Below are positions 27,698-39,323 of a DNA stretch of 64,000 nucleotides, one piece after another. Origin of the DNA: Girardia tigrina (taxonomy: Eukaryota). Each line of letters opens with the position of its first letter. Positions within the stretch are counted from its first letter, which is position 1. Location: contig MQRK01254997.1 of NCBI GenBank assembly GCA_001938485.1, positions 1 through 64,000 of the forward strand, in the 5' to 3' direction. The notes under the pieces are model-generated. The model worked only from the letters and a program-made list of their open reading frames with translations. It was not told where the DNA came from and did no database searches. A program made the translations under genes and the position numbers.

Positions 27698-28500
27698 CAG
27701 GGTTTCTTAACCTTTTTGATGCAATGGACCCCTTTAAAAATTATAAATATGTCACGGACCCCTCTGTGAAAAAAAATTTGTTTAAACGTCAATTATTACA
27801 AAATATATCCTATTTTATTATTTAAATATTTTTATTTCAATAATATAACTGTTGACAGATATCTTTATGTTCCTGGATATAAAATAATAATTGTAATTGA
27901 AGAAAATAAAATTTTCAATGTGAATGCTGTTGCTGCTTTTCTTGATTAGGAGATTGAATTGAGGGATAGTTTTCGACAAAGCAACGCGCATATCGTGTTC
28001 GACATTCAGTCGATTTCGATGTTTTGTTTTTATTGTTACGAGTGTGGAAAATCCTGATTCGCAAAGATATGGTATAATTGCTGCCATAGCTCGTTTTACT
28101 AGCAATGGGTAGGCTTCTCTTAAGGAAGACCAAAACTCTCCAAGAGTTTTTGAATCGAAAGCCATTTTTAACAAGGACTTTGTTTTCAAATCAATTAACT
28201 CGTCTTTGGCAAGATCCATGTCGTCGATACAGTCAATTGAATATCACAAAGAAAAGGATTACGAATCCACAACTCATCTTTTTTAGTTATTTCATCCATA
28301 ATTGAAATATTTTTCAAATGAAACTTGAAGTACTTCCAGGTGCTCACAGATTCTATCCTGCAAGTTATTCAATAACAAACTATCTTGCCGAGATCCATTT
28401 TCAAAAGTGAATTCGTCCAACATTTGAAAGTTTGCATATATATCCCATTTTGAATTCTAATTTTCCAAACGGACATTTTCGATAAAAATGCTTGTAGTTT
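27698..28500 (-). mobile_element. hAT (Buster/ZBED5-SCAND3-like) 3' fragment
   Basis: TIR CAGGGTTTCTTAACC at 27698. EFWSSLREAYPLLVKRA..YLCESGFSTLVTIKTKHRNRLNVEHDMRVALS. Confidence 0.9.
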
Positions 28501-28508
28501 TTCAGGTA

Positions 28509-28668
28509 ATCATTACCTGATATTTCTCGGTCTGTGAGCATAAAAGCCCGGTTGATACAGAACTAAATTCGCTCCATGCATACGAGCCCTAGTTTCCATG
28601 GATTCTTTTCACTAGCGGCCTCCCGCCGCACCCTTCAATTGAGTGAATGTCTCAGAAAACGTCATTTC
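28509..28668 (+). pseudogene. Divergent U1 snRNA-like sequence (variant or pseudogene)
   Basis: ATCATTACCTG 5' end; loop-I-like GAGCATAAAAG at nt 28; stem-loop with loop CATGCATAC at nt 67; Sm-like AATTGAGTG at nt 129; terminal hairpin; 160 nt. Confidence 0.3.
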
Positions 28669-29219
28669 AAACTAAACTGATTATTTATAAACCGTAATTT
28701 CTAGTGATTAAATATAATGTATTATTCCATTAGACTGTATATTTCCGAATTTATTCTTATATTGAATGAGACTATTTCGATCCATCTAATCATAAGTTTC
28801 TTAGAATTAAAGAAAGTAATTTACTCTTTCTTGTTTTATGATCTTCCTTTAAACCATTTTCCCAGTTCAGGGACATTGTATCCCTTACTTTTATTACTTT
28901 TCTTTTTATTGTTTCATCAATTAATATAAGTAATATTAAAGTGAACAAGTTTATTATTTATATTTTAATTTTATTATTTATTTATAATATTGTATAAAGA
29001 TGAGCTGGTTGATGATTTTAATACGGTTAATCAGTCAGCCGTCAATTTTCATAAAACATTAATATATGATCCAAAATTATGCTATTTCTCTTTTATAATG
29101 TTTAGATTTTCTAGAATAAAGGTTTAAATAGCTGAAAAAACTCAATTAAGTAGGAATAGGTTAGAATTGATGAAAAATAATTGTTTGATTCGCACTTGGG
29201 GGAGGTGATTTATATACTT

Positions 29220-29777
29220 TTAATATTGTATAAGTAATATATTATTTTGCATGATTTCAGCTGGGCGATAATGCTTCTGTTTTTGACCCAATGGCATATT
29301 TTGTGCTCTCAATGTTATTGAAGTATATTCATAACGGCAGGCAAGCAGTAATAAATGTTTGCAGATATAATTCTGTTTTTCTTCAAAATCATCGTGCAAT
29401 AGTTTCATGACATCAGTTTCATTAGCAGGCAATTTGTGACCATCGCGTGTTATGGATTTTCTAATGAACTTATTTCTTGTTATTGCTCGAATAGTTACTC
29501 CATCCGTTGCCATGTCTGACACAATTTCCTTGAGAGATTCTCGTTCAAAAAAGTCAGCAACAGTTTTTTGTCTCTTTTTGGTCTGAATTCCATCCTTGGA
29601 TGAGCTTGGTTCCCCAGCCTGATCAAACTTGATACCATGCTGCTGTAGATGTCTCTTTAAAGTTGTCGTTGAATTACCAGAGCACTTAATTATGCTTTTG
29701 CACCGATTGCATTGACCTTCAAGCTCTTTTTTGTGCGAATTTCGTCGTTTTGTGGCAAATTCCCAAACAGAAGCCAT
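29220..29777 (-). pseudogene. BED-zinc-finger hAT transposase N-terminal fragment
   Basis: MASVWEF..QCNRCKSIIKCSGNSTTTLKRHLQQH (BED finger). Homology appears to stop near 29365; no DDE domain. Confidence 0.85.
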
Positions 29778-29778
29778 T

Positions 29779-32700
29779 TGTCACGACCCAATTGTTCGCA
29801 GCAATTTTGCACGCTCAGAGCCCCCAGTGACTATTAAGGGTCAGTCACAACCCGGTTAGAATTTACTACTCAACTACGAATGTCTATACATCACTTTTAC
29901 GCTATAGGATCGGACGCCTCTTCTCGCTCGGCATCTGCCTGGCAGTGCCGAGTCTGAAGGGCCTGCGGGTTCGAATAAAGATGGGATGGGCTATGGGCCC
30001 CCCACCTAGCGGAGTGTCGCTCGGTGATGATTTTTCTTTTAACTATAATTCGATGTCTTAACTTCCACGATGAATAACTCGCAGTTATCAGTACCGGGAT
30101 TAAATAATCAGAGGCGTCACAACAGCCTGATAAAGTCATTATTACTCAAGATGATAGCGCGCTATAAGACTGAACAAGTAGGACCGCTTTCGTCCGCATA
30201 GGAACTTAACTTATAAATCGGTAAATAACATGGATTAGAACCCCTACAGCGATCGGCAAGTACTTTAGTTATCAAATCGATTCCTACCATACTCATTAAA
30301 TAAAATTTTATTAAATAGATTCGAGTTACGTTCGCTTATCTGTCGAGAATTTTACCGCTAATTTAATTATGGAACTATATTAAAGTTATCCTCACCTTAA
30401 CTAGTAAAATCTGTTAAACCGCAAATGTAATCGTTAACAGTCTTGATTCTTAAAAGGCGCCTCCAAGTGGACGATCAACAACAGCATTAAATAAATATAT
30501 TCTACAAGTATTCGATCGATACGCTCACAAATCGCTTACCCCGTGAATTTTCTATAACTAGATTTTACTATTTTATTTCGTCAAGTTAAATTGCTTAATT
30601 TCATAGATTCATGTCCCGTTAGCTGTGAATTTTATCTAAAGGCGTTTCCTATTGAGATAAATTATTTTGCTTTGCATTAAGTCATAATTCGTTATAAAGT
30701 TAAATTACAGAATTGTAATTCCCCATAATTTGATTAAATTATCGCTCACGAATATTATTATCAATAACTAAATTCGACAAAAAATGAATTTACCAGAAAT
30801 ATACATATTCCCTTAACTAAAATGCGATTGGGAATTTTTTTTTATCAGAACAAGTTAATTATAAAATTCAATTCAAATTCAATTCAATAATAATAATTCG
30901 ATTATAAAATTCAATTCAATATAAAATTTTCACTCCTAACATTCGGTTGCTAAGGCTGTTTGTTTTAACCATTCGCATTTCATTACAATTCTGGGCACAT
31001 TTTCAAACCCTCACGGGATTTTAATCGATAGGTTTTCAACTCGTCTTTAAAAGATAATTATGTGAATAGGACAGGTAATTATTTTATAGAATATAGTTTA
31101 TCTGTAGCCTTTTATCTATTTTCTATTTTTCCTTAAAATCTTTATAATTTTTCTTTTAAAAGAAAAATAATATTCGCTGAATTTCAACGATAGTGATTAA
31201 TAAAAAAAAATAAATTCAAGCGAAGTGAAAATATTAAATATTTCCTAGTTACTCACAAATGAGAGTGAACTTCAGAAATCGGAAACTCGTTTTGTAAATT
31301 TTATCTATGCAAAACTAATTCCTTTAATCATGTTAAAAAAACAAAAACTGTTATTATTTTGATTCTCTAATCTCACATTATAATTTGTCAAACTTTCTTT
31401 TACAAACGATAAAAAATTCAGATAAAATTCAACAAATAAATGAATAAAATATGATTTTTCAGTGAAAACTCAAGCAATTCTGCCCTCATAATCTCAACTC
31501 AAAAGCTGCAATATACGTATATTCAGGAATAAAATATTCTATATCTTCAAGTATTGAATTGCGTGCAAGTACTTTCAATCAAACATCCTATTATACTTCT
31601 CAATAAATATTCTTTTATTTCATTTAGTTTATGTTGCGCGAACTCTGACACATTTAACTATTTATAAGTCACAAAATAATAAAATAATAATAAAAAAAAC
31701 ACTAGAATAAATTAATAACCAACTAAGACTACGGGGAAAAACTATATTTCGATTTAAATAGTTTCAAGGTATTCTGTCGGCTTGTACGGACACGTTCGTA
31801 TTTCCGCAATCTCAGCAGTCACTCGGCGCGGCTCTCCCCGAAGAAACAATTCGAGGGGCACCGATGCTATGTCGACAATAATTGGGTCGGCGTAACTACC
31901 GACATTCTTCCAACGCGCGTTCGAGCGCAAATTCTCGCGGGGCATATCAGAAGGTGGCGACGGCGGGACGACGGGTGACTTACTCTATCTCGGAAAAAAG
32001 GGGTTTCGTCTTATAATCAATCAAATAAGCATACATTGTATATAAAAAATGTTAAAATTCAATCGGTTACTCAAATACTTTTATTTAGGATAACCAAACA
32101 ATAACTATCAATCATAAAATAAAATTACAATTTTTGGTCTCCGGAGGTTTGCTTTGTAATCTCGCTCGTGCACGGTCAGTAATGGTCAGGTTCTTCGCCA
32201 GTCGACGCGTCTCTAGTTGGAAGCGTTCAGCGGTGGTTCGATCTCTGTTTCGGGACGTCTATCGGCTGATGGTTTCCCTCAATTCTTCGTACTCTGAGTA
32301 ATAGAATAGGTCCGGTTCCGATTGCGTCGTGATAATATGGTTCGAATATATTCTTGCTTTGGAATTGTGTGCGAAATTTGTAAGAATATTGTCTTTTAAA
32401 TCGTAAAATATTGTTGTGAAAATTGTGTTGAAATTGTTGTAAAAAAAATTGTGAAATTGGCCCGAGTGAGTGTTATATTTATAACACTCACTATTTCGTT
32501 TGTTGCGATATGTTTTTCGTGGCCGTATCTGGTTGGTTGTTGTCCCTAATTTCGAATTTCTATTCGCCAGGGCTGGTGTTGTTAGGCCGTGTGTCTGACT
32601 CCAGACAATGATTGACGGTCATAAGGCTCCTTTGTCACCGATGACTATTCGTCGTGTGACACTGTTCTTTATTTGTGGCCCTGACTCACCGTAAGTTTTA

Positions 32701-33141
32701 TTTACTATTCTTTGTTCATTAATTAACCTTTGTTTTTCTTTACTTAATTTATATTTCTTTTCAGGGGTATAACCCTCTTCAGGAAAATACCATGGCTTCG
32801 CGGACCACACCCGGGGACCGGTCTCGTCACAAGCTACGCGTGGAGGGTCGGATGACCCCTAAACAACAACGGGTCGTCCAAGAGGTGTTTTAATTAATTT
32901 TGGTCTCTTTTTAATTATTTATTTTCTTCTTTAAAGCGATCAACTTCTTCTCAGGAATTTCTGATGGTCGGCTAGCTATGGCGGGGTCCTCAACCTTCTC
33001 CGTATTACTGTTGTCGTTATTATTAAATATATGTATTACGTAATAGTATTTTCGTCTTTTTTCTTTCGGTTATTTTGTTTTATAGTATTTATAAGGTATT
33101 TTTCTTTTTGACTGGGGCCTAATCGATAGCGGACCGTAACA
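29779..33141 (-). mobile_element. Very large (3363 bp) solo LTR, Gypsy type
   Basis: Starts TGTCACGACC and ends GGACCGTAACA (imperfect terminal IR). 4-bp TSD CATT at 29775-29778 and 33142-33145. No internal direct repeat or retro ORF. Orientation inferred from a minus-strand TATAAATA near 32480. Confidence 0.8.
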
Positions 33142-33277
33142 CATTACTAATAGAAAATTAATCATTTAAAACAATTAAAAACAAATTAAAATCATTGATT
33201 TACTTAACGAAAATAATTAAATCAGTAAAAATATTTATTTCAGTAAAAGTTGCAATGTTTTTTTTATAATGTGTTTT

Positions 33278-33620
33278 TGTTATAATGATTAGAACCCAAA
33301 AGGAGAGATGGCCGTTTGGGAGGAGAAAGGTAGATATAAAGTCTACCGATACGGAGATATACAACACAAACGCCGGAGTGCTGCTACCGAACTACCAGGA
33401 TCGATCTGCGATCATTCCCTGAAGATTAAAAGGAAAGAAAATGTTGTGCAATACTATAAAATAGTGATAAAAGTATCAGTTTGATTTAATGTAATTGTTG
33501 GTGCAAAACCGGGCGCAGCGCGGTCGCGGAGTCCCGAGGTCTGGAAGAGCGTCGTTCCGGGACAAGGGGGTTGGAAAAAGTTATCTAATGCGGTCAACAC
33601 CAACTGCCGGCATCCGCTGA
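33278..33620 (+). mobile_element. Possible 5' LTR + tRNA-Phe-like PBS + structured leader remnant
   Basis: TG start and TATAAA at ~33335. TGGTGCAAAACCGGG (33499-33513) resembles the PBS TGGTGCCGAAACCCGGG. No clean CA end. Confidence 0.35.
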
Positions 33621-34927
33621 AGACTCGTTTTTAATATGATGATCGATTTATTTTTAAATTTTGATAATTAATTATCTTTTTAACTTCTTTATAAATAATT
33701 AGTCGCTTTCTTTTTCTGTATTTTTCTTTCGACTTTCTTCAGCTTTTGACTTGAACTGATTTTCTGTTCCACACAAAATAAAAAAAATACATAACACTAT
33801 CAAATGAATAAATAAATCTCATCGTCATTCTTGGAATAAACAACATTGTACGATAAAAAATATTCCAACAAAACAAAATCATTCACCACCAAAAAATATA
33901 TCATGCTCTAAAATCATATACTCTCTCAAATTAATAAATTAAACATTCACTCTTGTTCCTCTTAAACAAAAATAATTTATTATTTTTTTAAATCTATGGC
34001 CATTACAATACCGATCAAAATTGATTCCCTGCTGAATGCCAGACATTCCGCTCGATTCATTTCATTTATCACAATCAGCACTCTCCAAATGAAAACAAAT
34101 GCATTCAATACTAAATCGCGATTGAAAATCGAGCTCTGTCATATCCATCGCAACAAAATTCAAATTTTAATAAATCAAAAACACTCAGAGATCAAAATCA
34201 TTTATTCAAATTTTTTTCACCATGCACCAACTCACTGATCCATTTTAACTAAGTTTTTACATCAAATCACGTATCTTTTTTCTTTTCAACTACAAATTCC
34301 AATTTTCGCCAAACTTTATTCGCATAAACAAATCACAAAATTTACATTCGTTACATCCAACAACCAATTCATATTCCGCCAAAAGGTTTTCCACCAATTT
34401 AATTTATTAAAACAATATCGACAAAATCGATCACACATTTCAAATTTTCCATTTTTAACTTGTCCTATCAGATTCGGCCAAATTTTCTCGAACAAAATAA
34501 AAATATACCACTATGATGTGGTTCGTTATTTTCATTTAAACTTTTAAATGCCATTCTGGCAACAGATTTTATTTATTGGTTTTTTTTCAATTATTTTTTT
34601 TCTCATTTATTTAATTTTTTTCTCGATTATAATGATTATTTTATAAAACAAATACAATTTATGAGGGTTTAGTTTAAATTTTCGATTTGCTGAATAATTT
34701 AATGTTTTTAATTTAAAAATTTGGCAAAAATTAAATAATAAAAACAGAGTTTAAAATCAAAAAAATTTAAAAGTTGATATATTATCAGTTGATAGTTTTA
34801 AAATAAAAATTTAAAAGAAATAATACAATAAATAAAATTTTATTGAGTAAATTTATACAAAAGTTTTTTACGAAATTAAATAGTTTTTTTACAAATTAAT
34901 TTTAAAATTAAATGTTTATATAAATGT

Positions 34928-35115
34928 AAATAATTTTTTTTTAGACATGTGAGAAATTTTATACCTACCCCAAAAACGTGGGGAGGATTTCTGAATTACT
35001 TCTATTAGTAACTGCTATTTCCTCTTTACTGCTTTTTAGTAACAATCGATTATTTCTATGCCCCACGTTTTTGGTTAGGTATAAAATTTCTCACATGTCT
35101 AGAAAAAAATTATTT
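34928..35115. repeat. Foldback inverted repeat (~55-bp arms, ~77-bp spacer)
   Basis: TAGACATGTGAGAAATTTTATACCTACCCCAAAAACGTGGGG / CCCCACGTTTTTGGTTAGGTATAAAATTTCTCACATGTCTA. Confidence 0.9.
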
Positions 35116-35324
35116 TCCTCTTTTTAGTCCATATGAAAACGTGGTTTTTAAAACTTTTTTATTTATTATTATTTTCTTATTTTTTAGTAGTATTATTATA
35201 CTACTTAGTATTACTATACTACTTATTATTATAAGTAGTATACCAAGATTTAATTTTATAATTTATAAATTTTATATTTTAATTTAGACCATATAAAATT
35301 AAAATTAATTAATTTGAATTTATT

Positions 35325-35506
35325 AGAGCATTTTTGAGATGCAGAGATGCTAAAATCTCAAAATGTCAGACAGAAGAAGCCTACATAAAAAATTTCAGAA
35401 CGATCGGATGAGTGGAAGTGGTCTAAAAAAGCGTGTGAAAAGTGAAACATCACAAACAAACAGAAAGACAGACAGAACCCAAAGCAAGTTAAGTAAAACG
35501 TTGTAA
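35325..35506 (+). mobile_element. One end of a non-autonomous DNA element (DINE-1/HINE- or Crypton-like)
   Basis: AAATTTCAGAACGATCGGATGAG, an (A/G)ACA microsatellite, and end CAAGTTAAGTAAAACGTTGTAA. Confidence 0.4.
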
Positions 35507-37314
35507 AATTAGATTTATTGTGTTTAGAATATTTTTTAAAAATACATAATAAAGACTTAGTTTAAATAAAATTTTCAACAAATAGTACGGGTTTAATAAT
35601 AAATATTTTAAAAATTGTATAAGTTGATTAAATCTTATTTAAATGAAATAAATTAATTTTATAGGTAAAAAAATTTTATAAAAGCATTCTAAAAATAATA
35701 AAAAAGTTTTAATTAAAAAGAAAAGTTCAAAAATATGTTATCGAATATAATAAATTATTTTTAAAGTTTTTACACATTCATTGGATTTAATTTAATGGAA
35801 TAAATTAATTTTATTTGTTATATAATTTTAAAAATGCATTTTTAAAAAAAATAAAAATTTGAAGTAGTAAAAATTCAAAAAAAGTTATTGAATATAAAAA
35901 TTTATTTTTAAAGTTTAAAATGTTTTTTTTACAAATTGAAAGTAAAATAAAATTTATGAAGTGAGACGAAAATTTAATTAATGACAATTTATTTGAAAAT
36001 TGCGAGTTGTGAAATTAATAAATTTGTGGTGTTAAATTATGTCTTCTGAATTTGATAATACTGAAACTGGTATAAACGCTACTTACACAGTTGATCCACT
36101 TCATTCAAAAACAATACGCAGACGACAAATAAAGATTCAATATCGAATCGTCAAAAATGATTCCATAAAGACACAGAAAGATACGTGAACCTTTTTTTAC
36201 CTTTGTGTACAAAACAACCCAAACAATATTTTTATCAGTTTAGAAATATATTTCACAAAAATTATAAATTTTCTTTTTGAAAAATAATGTCAGGAAGAGT
36301 TCGCATCCGATTCAGGTTCTTGAAAAATATTTGTGAGTATAAAATGACATTATCTTCAAAAAGAGATCAATCGATAGATCGATGTTGTTGATCTTCTTTG
36401 GCAGTGCATCGCACGGATCGAACAGTGATTTTTCTTTATAAATACATTTGTTAAAAACTGATAAATGATAAAATAATTTCAGAGAATTAATACAGTGATT
36501 GAAGACTAATTTTATTTAAATCAACTACGTCAAACCAAAAAGGATATCTTATAAAGTTTAGGCTAAGTGAAACATATTCCGGATATTTATTCTTATTTTG
36601 TTTAAAATATTATAAAAATTTATACTTTTAAAAATGTATACGTTACTTTGTTTATTTGTTTTTTTTGTTGAGACATTTTAAGACTAACGAGAAATATATT
36701 TAGAAGAAATAATTTTCCATATAATTCACAAATTATAATCATATGAAAAAAGGATAATTATTGAAACCGATTTTCGATTCATATCTTTCGTTTCTATATC
36801 TTACTTAATCCTCAACAAAATCAGACAACATTTGTTTCGGGACTTAAATATTAAATATTATTAAGCGTATGTTTTTATGATTCAAATTTAATTTATTGCT
36901 ACTTTATGAGTTAAGCATTAATTTATAAACTGTTATTACTACATTTTATTATTCATGGTTTTAAATGCTAAATTCATCATTATCTTCAAAACGTTTTAGC
37001 ATTCTATTCTTCCTTTAAAGACCAACTAGTACGCTTTTCATATGTCAAAATGAAGATTTAAGTACTTATAGAACAATAGATGTACCAATGTTGTTAGCTT
37101 TCGATGTATAAATTAATTTAAAGAATAATGGCATTATTTTAATAAAATAATATGAATGTCATGTTAAAATAATTGTGCTCTTGGACTCGGGACACATTAA
37201 TAGTGATAAATAACACATGAAAACAAACTTAAAGATGTTGATTATTTATTACAAAAATGTTTTCAACCTTAAGTGACTGAGATATAATTTTTAATTTTTA
37301 ATGGATTGGTTATA

Positions 37315-37545
37315 ACCATGAGCGTTTGGGATGAAAAAGGTGTCCAAATCTTCTTTGTACGCCACAGCCTTGACTGTTCCCATGAAAAATTACAATCCAA
37401 TGACTCCAGTTGATGACAATGTACACCAAACAGTCGCGTGTTTGGGAAATGCAGACTTGGCAATCAAGAAATATGGATTTTTGGTTCCCAAAAGCAATAG
37501 TTCTGCTTGTTTACATATCCATTAAGGTAAAAATACCAAGTATTT
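37315..37545 (-). mobile_element. Tc1/mariner rosa-like (DD41D-type) transposase fragment adjoining PLE remnants
   Basis: FYLNGYVNKQNYCFWE..PKHATVWCTLSSTGVIG..FF. The PLE-like sequence at 37240-37300 matches 61715-61770. Confidence 0.75.
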
Positions 37546-38480
37546 TAAATAAACATGAATAATATTTTTTGTTTCTGTAATATTAATACTGTTTTCAATG
37601 ATAAAATGACAAAATGAAGGAAACATTTCCAAATGTCCGTTATCAAAATGTTCTCGCCATAGTGCTAGTTATTTTCTAAATGCTTTTACTTTTTCATACA
37701 TAGTTAGTAAGTCACCTGTTCCTTGAAGGACAAAGTTAAGGATGTTAATTCTTTCGAAAATATCGCTAAGGTATACTTGCTACAACCTCTTTTTATGACA
37801 GAAAAAATCTTTAAATTTACTGCTGCAATTTCCTTTTCGGTGAAAAAGATTCGTTGCTATTCTTTAAGTTCTAGAAATCTACTAAGTACTTTTCCACCAG
37901 ACATCCCTCAAACTTGTGTTTCATATAATAAATTTTCATGAGTACTTCCCATTTCATTATAAAGTATTGAAAATATTCTACTATTCAATGGCCTTGTTTT
38001 AAAAAAATTAACAACACTGATGACTTCTTGCAATATTTTACGTAAATTTAGCTCCAACTTCTTTGAAGCTGTAGTGACACAAATTTTTATCAGTATTTAT
38101 AAATATTAAATATATATACATAAAATCCTATATTTCTTATTTATAAATTTATGATGGCAAGTCTAAATTCGAACTACCGATAAACAATACAAAAAATACC
38201 AATGTTATTTTAAATTAATTTAAAATAACCGAACTTAACAATCATTCCAACAAAACTGAAAGAATATGATAATAATCCTCAATCAATGAACCAGTCTGAA
38301 AAAATTATTTTCCTAAAAAAAAATAATTTCCCGTCGTCAAACTAAAAACAATTTACGATTCTCTAATTTTCCAATACTTAATTATTTGAATATCGAAATT
38401 ACTAATTTGTTTAAATATTGTACATAAATAAATACATTTTTTTGGAATTGGATTGTTTCGATTATAATTTATTTGTATTT

Positions 38481-39227
38481 ATGGATTCTGAAAATTCACT
38501 GAAAACGATTCTCAAATCGGATTTTCTCGACAAATTGTTTTCGAAATTGATTTGCGATAAATCTCAATTGTTATTGAAACCGTCATCGAATCCGATTTCC
38601 GAAAAGGATTATAATTCATGTGAACGGTATTTCAAGGCGAGTTTCGAGCCCACGATTCTCATCTCCTCTGACGACAATTTGATGGCGAGTTGTTCATCGA
38701 AATCGATTTGCGGAAGGATATTTAAATCGCGAGAACCTGTTTATATTTGCCGCGAGACGTGCGTGTTCTGTCGAGTGTGTTTCGGGAAGAGCGAGCACAC
38801 GAGACACAGTTACGAGATGCATTTATCTTCCGGTGGAGGCTATTGCGATTGCGGAGATGAAGAAGCTTGGAAATCGTTGCCTCGTTGCAGCCTCCACGGC
38901 GGAGCTATTGAATTATCACCTAAATTATCTACTGAATTTTTCGAAACAATGGATGAAGTTACTCATTGCCTTTCAAACATTTCAGACGATGTGAAAATTA
39001 ACCTTCTTAAACTGGCAATCTTAATCTTTCGAAATTTCAAAAAGTTTGTAATGCGACCATTTTGTATAGCAAATCCTGACAGAAGAGAAGAAGAATTAAA
39101 CAAGGAATTGAAATTTGTTAAGAAGCATGTTGATAAAAATAAGATCGATGAACTTGGTGTTGTCTTGTATAACAATGAGTCCAACGCGATAGAAGAGATC
39201 ACCAAAGCAGCAATAGCTTGTCTATGA
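38481..39227 (+). CDS. UBR1: UBR1/UBR2-like N-recognin N-terminal part (UBR box + start of ClpS-like segment); intronless and truncated, 248 aa; may be a pseudogene
   Basis: CGRIFKSREPVYICRE-TCVFCRVCFGKSEHTRHSYEMHLSSGGGYCDCGDEEAWKSLPRCSLH, then VVLYNNESNAIEEI. AATAAA overlaps the stop codon. Confidence 0.8.
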   Translation: MDSENSLKTILKSDFLDKLFSKLICDKSQLLLKPSSNPISEKDYNSCERYFKASFEPTILISSDDNLMASCSSKSICGRIFKSREPVYICRETCVFCRVCFGKSEHTRHSYEMHLSSGGGYCDCGDEEAWKSLPRCSLHGGAIELSPKLSTEFFETMDEVTHCLSNISDDVKINLLKLAILIFRNFKKFVMRPFCIANPDRREEELNKELKFVKKHVDKNKIDELGVVLYNNESNAIEEITKAAIACL

Positions 39228-39323
39228 ATAAAACATTGAATAAATATCATGTATGGTGCAATCTAAATAAACAAGAATATAAAAACATAATTCAGTTTAA
39301 TTACTTACAAAATAATTTTTTTA

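Noticed and set aside
28525-28660. RNase P RNA on the minus strand (CTGAGAC, TGGAAA, AGCGAA..AGTTC)
   Set aside because: CR-I lacks GGAAGG, CR-V is incomplete, and the region is too short.
33497-33604. Permuted twister ribozyme (TAATGCGG, GGTGCAA)
   Set aside because: P1 and P4 pair poorly and the conserved GA is missing. PBS plus leader is simpler.
36039-36188. 49-aa ORF MSSEFDNTETG.. as a host exon
   Set aside because: No recognisable homology or convincing splice context.
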